Origin: an uncultured Phycisphaerales bacterium
Lineage (GTDB): Bacteria; Planctomycetota; Phycisphaerae; Phycisphaerales; SM1A02
NCBI GenBank assembly: GCA_938084645.1
Contig: CALKEP010000019.1
Location: 1 to 19,804 of the forward strand
Direction: 5' to 3'
DNA: 19,804 nt
Shown: in pieces, positions 9,439 through 16,839 of the stretch
Layout: each line of letters starts with the position of its first letter
How positions within the stretch are numbered: position 1 is the stretch's first letter
Translations under genes and position numbers: made by a program
The notes under the pieces: model-generated
What the model was told of the DNA's origin: nothing
What the model saw: only the letters and a program-made list of their open reading frames with translations
Database searches by the model: none

Positions 9439-10613
9439 CCGATTCAGAGAACGAACGTCCCAGCGGCATCCGGGTGCTGCTCGTCGATGATCAGGCGATG
9501 ATCGGCGAGGCGGTGCGGCGCATCCTCGCCGCGGAGGAGGGCATCTCCTACGAGTACTGCCAGGATCCGACCAAGGCGATCGAGACCGCGAGTCACTTCC
9601 ATCCCACGGTGATCCTGCAGGATCTGGTGATGCCCGAGGTGGACGGGCTCGACCTCGTGACGGCCTACCGGGAGGCGCCGGGCACCAGTGAGGTCCCGAT
9701 CGTCGTCCTGAGTTCTCGCGAGGAGGGGACCACCAAGGCCGAGGCGTTCCGACGTGGTGCGAACGACTACATCGTCAAGCTTCCCGACGCCCTCGAACTC
9801 GTCGCGCGGATCCGCTATCACAGCGCCGGCTACATCGCCGCCATCCAGCGGAACGAGGCCTTTCGACTCCTCGAGGTCAGCGAATCGCATCTTCGCGGCG
9901 AGCTGCAGAAGGCCGCGAACTACGTGGAGAGTCTTCTCAGCGATCCGATCGAGGGGATCATCTCGACGCGATGGTCGTTCATTCCTTCGGCATCGCTCGG
10001 TGGTGACAGCTTCGGATATCACTGGATCGACGAGAATCGTTTCGCGGTGTACCTGCTCGACGTCTGTGGACACGGGGTCGGCCCCGCACTTCTCTCGATC
10101 TCGGTGATCAACCTGGTCCGGAGTGGAATCCGCGACGCGGAGATCCTCGCCGATCCCGCCCGGGTCGTGTCGCGCCTCAACGATTCGTTCCAGATGATGG
10201 AGCACGGCGGAATGTTCTTCACGCTGTTCTACGCCGTCTACGACCGACGGACGTCGGAACTCACCTGGTGCGGCGGCGGGCATCCGCCGTCGATCATCCT
10301 GCGGGCGGACGGGAAGCACGACTGGCTGCCGTCGCAGAACATGGTGATCGGGGCCGTTCCGGACATGGAAGCCGAGACCGGGACGATCCGGATCGCCCCG
10401 GGGGATCGACTCTTCGTCTTCAGCGACGGCGTCTTCGAACTGAAGACCACCGAGGGCGAGATGTGGGACTTCGACGAGTTCCAGGAATTCATGAGCCGGC
10501 CGCTCGGACTCGAAGAGGACCGAATCGACAAGCTTCGAGCCAAGGGCCGAGAACTAATGGGTTCCGAGCAGTTCGAGGATGATTTCTCGATTCTGGAGAT
10601 CGATTTCCACTGA
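9435..10613 (+). CDS. Response regulator: WspR-type receiver fused to a PP2C/SpoIIE (RsbU-like) Ser/Thr phosphatase (392 aa)
   Basis: REC: VLLVDDQAMIGEAVRR...PTVILQDLVMP...GANDYIVKLPDALELVARIRYHS. Phosphatase: GGDSF, DVCGHG, FFTLFY, GGGHPP, FSDGVFE, EDDFS. AGGAG precedes ATG 9435, which overlaps the cheB stop (ATGA). Confidence 0.93.
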   Translation: MTDSENERPSGIRVLLVDDQAMIGEAVRRILAAEEGISYEYCQDPTKAIETASHFHPTVILQDLVMPEVDGLDLVTAYREAPGTSEVPIVVLSSREEGTTKAEAFRRGANDYIVKLPDALELVARIRYHSAGYIAAIQRNEAFRLLEVSESHLRGELQKAANYVESLLSDPIEGIISTRWSFIPSASLGGDSFGYHWIDENRFAVYLLDVCGHGVGPALLSISVINLVRSGIRDAEILADPARVVSRLNDSFQMMEHGGMFFTLFYAVYDRRTSELTWCGGGHPPSIILRADGKHDWLPSQNMVIGAVPDMEAETGTIRIAPGDRLFVFSDGVFELKTTEGEMWDFDEFQEFMSRPLGLEEDRIDKLRAKGRELMGSEQFEDDFSILEIDFH

Positions 10614-10640
10614 CCAGCCCGGCCTCGGGCCGTCTGGTCA
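10611..10640 (+). terminator. GC-rich stem-loop at the end of the Wsp-like operon (possible terminator or processing hairpin)
   Basis: TGACCAG-CC-CGGCC-TCG-GGCCG-T-CTGGTCA begins at the stop codon. There is no U-tract, so it is not a canonical intrinsic terminator. Confidence 0.4.
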
Positions 10641-10874
10641 CATGGGGCCGATTCCAGTTGAACACGCATTCCCGCGACCTAGAATCGAGGGGCGGCGGAT
10701 CGAGTCGCCGTGAAGTCGTGCCGATAGGCAGATAGATGTTCTGTTCGAACTTCGTGAAGCGGATCCTCACGGAAGGGTCCGCGTCGATGGGGTGGACGGC
10801 GGTGTTCCCGCTCGCCTGCAGGTGTCTCTCGTTCTCCACCCACTGATCCAAGACCGAATTCGCGGAGCAATCAC

Positions 10875-12656
10875 ATGGTCGGCATGTCTGGAACCGGAAA
10901 AGTCATCGAGTGCGACGTCGCGATCATCGGAGGCGGCCCGGCCGGTTCGACGACCGCGGCGCTACTCGCGAAGTACCGTCCCGACGCGAAGATTCTCGTG
11001 CTCGAGAAGGAGAAGTTTCCGCGCGACCACGTCGGCGAGAGCCAGCTCCCCGCGATCAGCGGCATCATCCACGAGATGGGGTGCTGGGACGAGATCGAAG
11101 GCGCCGGCTTCCCGTTGAAGATCGGTGCGACCTACCGCTGGGGGAAGAACCCCGAACTCTGGAACTTCGACTTCGCGGCGCCGAGCGATGTGGAGAAGCT
11201 CGTCCGGCCCACGCCGTACGAAGGACTTCGCCAGTTGACGGCGTTCCAGGTCGACCGCGCGGTCTACGACGAGATCCTGCTCAATCACGCCGAAAAACTC
11301 GGCGCCGAGGTTCGTCAGGAGACGCAGGTCGTCGAAGTGCTCCGCGATGGCGACCGCGTGGAGGGACTGCGGCTCGGCGACGGGAGCACCGTTGTCGCCC
11401 GGTACTACGTCGACGCCTCCGGTCACGTCGGAACGCTTCGACGCAAGATGGGGGTCGAGACGAAGCCCGAGACCAAGCTGCAGAACGTGGCCATCTGGGA
11501 CTACTGGGAGAACGCCGAGTGGGCGATCGAGGTCGGTTCCGGCGCCACCCGGGTTCAGGTGATGAGCCAGGCCGCGGGGTGGATCTGGTTCATTCCGCTC
11601 GGACCCACCCGGACGTCGATCGGCTACGTGTTGCCCAAGGATCACTACAAGGAACTCGGCAAGAGCGTCGAGGACTGCTACCACGAGGCGATCGCGAACG
11701 ACGAGCGGATCTCCGCCCTCGTTCGCAACGCGACGCCGCGGGGCATGGTGGAAGCGACCAAGGACTGGTCGTTCACGGCATCGAGAGGTCACGGTGAGAA
11801 CTGGTTCCTCGTCGGTGAATCCATCGGTTTCGCGGATCCCATTCTCGCCGCGGGCATGACCCTCGCACACACCGGTGCTCGCGAACTCGCCTATTCGCTT
11901 GCGGAACTCCTCGACGCCGATCCGAAGGACGGTGAGCACGAGGACGCGGAATGGCTCAAGAACTCGGTGAGCGATTCGCAGCTCCGACGGGTCCGGCAGC
12001 ACATCCAGTTCGCGGACTTCTGGTACGCCTCGAACGGACAGTTCACCGATCTGCAGGACCATTGCGCGGAGATCGCGAAGCAGTCCGGAATCAAGATGTC
12101 GCCGGAAGCCGCGTGGCGCTGGCTCGCACAGGGCGGCTTCACCAACGAGAGCTCTTCGACGCCCGCGCTCGGGACCTGCGATCTCTCCTCGCTGAAGCAG
12201 GTGATGTGGGTCCTGACCGACAAGAAGGGCGACTGGGCGCTCAACAAGAACAACGTCCTGAAGCTGAACCTTCGAAACGCGGAACGTCGGGTGATGCCCA
12301 TCTACACCCAAGGCCGGATCGAACGGGAGGAGTGCTGGGTTCGTGGCCAGAATCGTCTTCCGCTCACCGGAATCTTCAAGGTCGTGGTCGACGTGCTCGA
12401 GCAGGAGTCGCGGATCGATCGCATCCACAAGATGATTCTCGAGTACTTCGGTGGGCCGGGTCGATCCGAGACCCATCGCTCCCCGATCAAAATCGCGGTG
12501 CAGGCGATGGAGGCGATGATCAACGAAGGTTGGATCACCGCGAAGATCGACAAGAAGGCGCCGTCGATGACGATCTCCCGACCTGAAGAGAACGATTTCA
12601 TTCACTGGAACCGGGACGAGGATCCCGTGTCCCGGCGGGACGCCGAAGCCGGCTGA
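10875..12656 (+). CDS. Flavin-dependent halogenase-like FAD oxidoreductase (tryptophan halogenase superfamily), 593 aa
   Basis: GGGPAG FAD motif, FPRDHVGES, GFPLKIG (position of the catalytic Lys), FQVDRAVYD, DASG, WIWFIP (WxWxIP), KDWSF and FADPILAAG. GGAG precedes ATG 10875. Confidence 0.85.
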   Translation: MVGMSGTGKVIECDVAIIGGGPAGSTTAALLAKYRPDAKILVLEKEKFPRDHVGESQLPAISGIIHEMGCWDEIEGAGFPLKIGATYRWGKNPELWNFDFAAPSDVEKLVRPTPYEGLRQLTAFQVDRAVYDEILLNHAEKLGAEVRQETQVVEVLRDGDRVEGLRLGDGSTVVARYYVDASGHVGTLRRKMGVETKPETKLQNVAIWDYWENAEWAIEVGSGATRVQVMSQAAGWIWFIPLGPTRTSIGYVLPKDHYKELGKSVEDCYHEAIANDERISALVRNATPRGMVEATKDWSFTASRGHGENWFLVGESIGFADPILAAGMTLAHTGARELAYSLAELLDADPKDGEHEDAEWLKNSVSDSQLRRVRQHIQFADFWYASNGQFTDLQDHCAEIAKQSGIKMSPEAAWRWLAQGGFTNESSSTPALGTCDLSSLKQVMWVLTDKKGDWALNKNNVLKLNLRNAERRVMPIYTQGRIEREECWVRGQNRLPLTGIFKVVVDVLEQESRIDRIHKMILEYFGGPGRSETHRSPIKIAVQAMEAMINEGWITAKIDKKAPSMTISRPEENDFIHWNRDEDPVSRRDAEAG

Positions 12657-13674
12657 AGTCCTGTGGTCGACCCGGCTTCGTTCGGCCTCGTCGGTCGCCC
12701 CAGTGGCCGATGAACGAGAACGCCATGGTGGTCATCGCCAGCGCGATCAGCGAGATCGCGAGCGGCCATCCTGAGATTCGTTCCGCGGCACAGAACGCGA
12801 TGAACTGCACGACGCAGAGCGTCGAGACGATCCCCAGGGTGATCCCGCGGGGAATCAGCGATGCGGCGAGGGCCCCGAGCGGTGCGCCGATGGCGACCAC
12901 CGGCGCGGCCGCATACCAGTTCAGCCAGACTTCGGCGGGAATGCCGAAGGCCAGCGCATTCGTCGAGAGTCCCACGATCGAGGTGACCGTCATGAGCAGG
13001 ACGCTCGAGGCGATCGCGCATCGAGCGTCGACCCGAAACAGGAGCACGAGGATGACGAAGAGCAGCATGTCGACGCCCACGCCCGTGATGCTCGCGATGA
13101 GCAGCCCGCCGAAGAAGCCGACGACGGCGCCCGCGGCGCGCTCGAAGTTGGGGTGAGGTCGGGCGAGCGGCTCGGGTTCGAGCAGATCACGCATCAGTCG
13201 AAGCTGCGCGATTCCGAATCCGGCCCAGGTGATCGCGAAGAGGAGTTTCACGAGCAGGTCGTCGACCAGGGGGGCGATCAGGATCGCGCCGAGCGGCGTG
13301 CCGACCATCGAGCCCAGCATGGCGGGTGCCAGCACGCGCCATGCGATCGGAAGCCGTCTTGCGAGGATGTAGATGCTCGCGCTGGTCATCCCGATCGCCT
13401 GGATCGCGAAGGAGAAGTCGCGGCCGATCGTCGCGGGCTCGTCGAAGATGAGCACCAGCACCGGAAAACCGATCGTGCCGCCGCCCATCGGGGTCGAGCC
13501 GGCGATGTAGGAGCCGATGGCCATGGCCACCGCGATCGGCCAGTTCGCGACGGCATCGCCGAGGTGTCCGCCGCCGACGATCAGGACGCCGAGGGCGATG
13601 TAGACGAGTACCAGCCAGCCGAGGAACGGCCTCGGGAGAACCGGAGTCGAGGTTGGAATCTCGTTCGGAGACAC
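12598..13674 (-). CDS. Sulfite exporter TauE/SafE family membrane protein (~358 aa)
   Basis: Highly hydrophobic, with two related halves: GSYIAGSTPMGGGTIGFPVL...FSFAIQAIGMTSA and GGLLIASITGVGVD...AIASSV...GAPLGA. The GTG start is uncertain. Confidence 0.82.
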   Translation of the reverse strand: MSPNEIPTSTPVLPRPFLGWLVLVYIALGVLIVGGGHLGDAVANWPIAVAMAIGSYIAGSTPMGGGTIGFPVLVLIFDEPATIGRDFSFAIQAIGMTSASIYILARRLPIAWRVLAPAMLGSMVGTPLGAILIAPLVDDLLVKLLFAITWAGFGIAQLRLMRDLLEPEPLARPHPNFERAAGAVVGFFGGLLIASITGVGVDMLLFVILVLLFRVDARCAIASSVLLMTVTSIVGLSTNALAFGIPAEVWLNWYAAAPVVAIGAPLGALAASLIPRGITLGIVSTLCVVQFIAFCAAERISGWPLAISLIALAMTTMAFSFIGHWGDRRGRTKPGRPQDFSRLRRPAGTRDPRPGSSE

Positions 13675-13706
13675 CGGGGGACTTCGTATGAGTGTTCAGG
13701 GAAGGT

Positions 13707-14789
13707 TCAGGATCCGGTCGAACCGGCTTCCTTCAGGGTGCCGTCGCCGGAGCCGAGGATCACGGCGATCCACCGGAGGTCCTCGGTTCCTTCGAGCAGG
13801 ATCTTCAGGATCATCGTCAGCGGGACCGAAAGGAACATGCCCACCGGGCCGAGAATGAAGCCCCAGAAGACGAGGGAGAGGAACACCACGAGCGGGGAGA
13901 GCCCCATCCGGCGGCCCATGATCCTCGGCTCGGTGATGCTTCCGATGCCGATGTTGATCGCGAGATAGACCACGGCGACGCCGATCGCGGAGCCCGCACC
14001 TTCCAGCACCATCGCAAGCAGGACCGCGGGCACCGCGGCGATGATCGATCCGAGCGACGGAACGTAGTTCAGAACGAAGGCGATCAATCCGAGCACCATC
14101 GGATACGGAACGCCGAAGAACCAGCATCCGAGACCGGCGAGGATTCCCGTCACGCCACTGGTGTAGGTCTTGACGACGAGATAGCCCTGAAGGTCCTCGA
14201 GCACGCCTCGCCAACGCTCGACCGGATCCCGATCCCCGGCGCTGCCGTTCGGCTTCCGGGTGATCGCCCGGATCTTGTCGGGAAGCACCGTCGCCTCCAT
14301 CAGGATGAAGATGACCGTCAGCAACACGAAGACCGTGCTCTGCAGCAGACCGACGAGTGCCGAGAGCGTCTGCTGGATGTATGGAAAGAGTCGGGTGGGA
14401 TCGAGGATGTCGTCGACCTGGTCGACCGTGAGTCTGGCACCCTTGCTGTTGAGCCACGCCACGGCATCGGCGAGCTTGGTCTTCAGAGTCTCCTCGTAGG
14501 CGGGCAGCGCTTCGGTGAAGCTCGTGGCGGTCGAGGCGATCACCGCCGAGGCGGCGAGCCCCAGCAGCACCACCACCGAGAACACCAGCATCGCGGCCAG
14601 CCAGCGACGAATCCCGATGCGGACCAGCGCGGCGGTCGGCGGCACGCTGATCACGGCGATGAAGATCGCGGCGAGAATCGGCACCACGATGCTGGCCGCC
14701 ATCTTCATCCCGCCCGCGACGATCACGAAGGCCGCCAGCGAGACGAAGGCTCGAGTTCCAGGATGATTCGCGGTCCGGCCGTCGACCAT
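13707..14789 (-). CDS. AI-2E family transporter (TqsA/YhhT-like), ~360 aa
   Basis: IVVPILAAIFIAV...P; YLVVKT; GLIAFVLNYVPSLGSIIA; EPRIMGRRMGLSPLVVFLSLVFWGFILGPVGMFLSVPLT. The start is placed at ATG 14789. Confidence 0.93.
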   Translation of the reverse strand: MVDGRTANHPGTRAFVSLAAFVIVAGGMKMAASIVVPILAAIFIAVISVPPTAALVRIGIRRWLAAMLVFSVVVLLGLAASAVIASTATSFTEALPAYEETLKTKLADAVAWLNSKGARLTVDQVDDILDPTRLFPYIQQTLSALVGLLQSTVFVLLTVIFILMEATVLPDKIRAITRKPNGSAGDRDPVERWRGVLEDLQGYLVVKTYTSGVTGILAGLGCWFFGVPYPMVLGLIAFVLNYVPSLGSIIAAVPAVLLAMVLEGAGSAIGVAVVYLAINIGIGSITEPRIMGRRMGLSPLVVFLSLVFWGFILGPVGMFLSVPLTMILKILLEGTEDLRWIAVILGSGDGTLKEAGSTGS

Positions 14790-14959
14790 GGTCCGAGTGT
14801 ACCGATCGAGCCGTGAAGTCACAGGTTTCGCGAGCATCGACGATCGCGGAAGTGCCCGGCCGAGGGATATGCTGTGGGAGGTGGTGATCGGCTCCCGCGT
14901 GCGGATCCGGAACGCGACCGACCGGAGCCGGGCTTGCCGGTTCCACTGGGAGACCTCTC

Positions 14960-16216
14960 TTGCTGGTGACCACCTTGATCGTGCTTTGCGCCCTGTCCGG
15001 CATCTCCACGACGCCGTCGCTCGATGATCCCGCCTCCACCGTCGAGGCGACGAACTCGGCCCCGATCACGGGAATCCCGCGGATGCGTCCGATGCGGGTC
15101 TTCAAGGACGTCCGCCTGAAGCGCCCGATCCAGATCCTGGTCCGCCCGGATCTTCCCGATCTGCTCTACGTGGTGGAACAGCCGGGCCGGATCCTGATGC
15201 TCGACCGGACACGCCCGGATGCGGCCGAGGCGGCGACCTTTCTCGACATCCGACCGGAAGTTCGGATGAAGCACAACGAGGAGGGGCTGCTTTCGATGGC
15301 ATTCAGTCCCGATGTCGCGAACGACGGACTGGTCTACCTCTACTACACCGCGAGCGATCCCCGCCGGGCGGTGTTGAGCCGGTTCAAGATCGATTCGGAC
15401 GGGCAGGCGGATCCGGAGTCCGAGGAGATCCTCCTCGAGGTCCCGCAGCCTTTCGGCAACCACAACGGTGGCACGGTCGCCTTCGGCCCCGATGACCTGT
15501 TGTACCTCTCGCTTGGAGACGGTGGCGCCGCGAACGATCCGATGGGACACGGACAGGATCTGTCCACGCTGCTCGGCACCGTTCTTCGCATCGATCCCAA
15601 CGGAAGCACGGACGGCAAGGCGTACGGGATTCCCGCGGACAATCCCTTCCTCGACGTCGAGGATGCTCGTCCGGAGATCTGGGCCTACGGTCTTCGGAAC
15701 ATCTGGCGGATGAGCTTCGATCGCGAGACGGGCGAACTCTGGGCGGGTGACGTCGGCCAGAACCAGTGGGAGGAGATCGACGTCGTTCGCGCCGGCGGGA
15801 ACTACGGCTGGCGGTATCGGGAAGGGAAGCAGCGGTTCTCGCGAGACGAGCCGCCGGCCGATCTCGAGCTGCTCGACCCGGTGGTCGATTATCCGCGGTC
15901 GGACGGGATCAGCGTGACGGGGGGTCACGTCTATCGGGGTTCGGCGCGGCCGGAAGCGATCGGTGCGTATCTCTATGCCGACTACCAGTCCGGTCGGATC
16001 TGGGGCATTCGAGCGGTCGATGGCGTGATGACCGAGGGGCCCAAGCAGGTGGCACGATTGCGGAACTCCCTGATCTCGAGCTTCGGCGAGGACGCCGAGG
16101 GCGAACTGTGGATCTGCACCTTCGAGGGAGATCCGACGTCGGGCGTCGGGGCGATCTGGCGATTCACCGGACCGCTCCAGCGCGTCACCGACGGATCCGA
16201 GGCCGGTGGCGCGTGA
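14960..16216 (+). CDS. Exported PQQ-dependent sugar dehydrogenase (glucose/sorbosone dehydrogenase beta-propeller family), 418 aa
   Basis: Signal-peptide-like N-terminus; LYVVEQPGRI, EEGLLSMAFSP, NHNGG..AFGPD..LY...GDGG, YGIPADNPF, EIWAYGLRNIWR.SFD, DVGQNQWEEI, GGNYGW, SSFGED. TTG start with GGGAG upstream. Confidence 0.92.
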   Translation: MLVTTLIVLCALSGISTTPSLDDPASTVEATNSAPITGIPRMRPMRVFKDVRLKRPIQILVRPDLPDLLYVVEQPGRILMLDRTRPDAAEAATFLDIRPEVRMKHNEEGLLSMAFSPDVANDGLVYLYYTASDPRRAVLSRFKIDSDGQADPESEEILLEVPQPFGNHNGGTVAFGPDDLLYLSLGDGGAANDPMGHGQDLSTLLGTVLRIDPNGSTDGKAYGIPADNPFLDVEDARPEIWAYGLRNIWRMSFDRETGELWAGDVGQNQWEEIDVVRAGGNYGWRYREGKQRFSRDEPPADLELLDPVVDYPRSDGISVTGGHVYRGSARPEAIGAYLYADYQSGRIWGIRAVDGVMTEGPKQVARLRNSLISSFGEDAEGELWICTFEGDPTSGVGAIWRFTGPLQRVTDGSEAGGA

Positions 16217-16839
16217 GTCGCTTCGCGTCGTTGGTCGGTTGTCGGACCTGCGGCATGGTCGCGGGGCTGCCCGAGATCGAAGAGATCGGCCGTGACGCGA
16301 TTCTCCGTTGCCCCGGATGCAGGATGAGGATTCCGCGGCCGGGCGCCGCGTCCGGATGGCGGAGTCGACGACGAACCGCGGCCTTCGCACTCGCGGCGCT
16401 CACGCTGTTCCCGCTTGCGGTGACGCTTCCCGTGATGCGAGTGGAGCGACTCGGGCACGCGCACGAGACGGGAATCCTCGACGGATCGGCGATGTTGATC
16501 CGCGACGGTCAGGCGTGGCTGGGGCTGATCGTCCTGTTCTGCTCGGTCGCGATTCCGATCTTCAAACTGTGCGGACTGCTCTTTCTCTCGACGCGCCGGA
16601 TCCGCGCGACCGCTTCGACCCGGGTCCTGGTCTGGAGACTGGTCGAGTGGTCGGGGCGATGGGGGATGCTGGACGTCCTGCTCGTCGCGTCGATCGTCGC
16701 GCTGGTCAAGATCGGCGATCTCGTATCGATCGAACCGGGAATCGGCGCGGTCGTCTTCACCGCCATGGTCTTCCTGAGCCTGCTTGCGGCGATGAGTTTC
16801 GATCCCCATGAGGTTCGAATGGAGTCCGTTCATGACTGA
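16213..16839 (+). CDS. pqiA: Paraquat-inducible protein A (PqiA) family membrane protein, single-module form (208 aa)
   Basis: CRTC...CPGC zinc-ribbon pair followed by TM helices, SVAIPIFK and GRWGMLDVLLV...LVKIG. GTG 16213 overlaps the upstream stop (GTGA). Confidence 0.88.
   Translation: MSRFASLVGCRTCGMVAGLPEIEEIGRDAILRCPGCRMRIPRPGAASGWRSRRRTAAFALAALTLFPLAVTLPVMRVERLGHAHETGILDGSAMLIRDGQAWLGLIVLFCSVAIPIFKLCGLLFLSTRRIRATASTRVLVWRLVEWSGRWGMLDVLLVASIVALVKIGDLVSIEPGIGAVVFTAMVFLSLLAAMSFDPHEVRMESVHD

Noticed and set aside
10641..10874. Known riboswitch (c-di-GMP, fluoride) upstream of the halogenase
   Set aside because: Hairpins are possible, but I could not match the conserved nucleotides of any riboswitch class I know.
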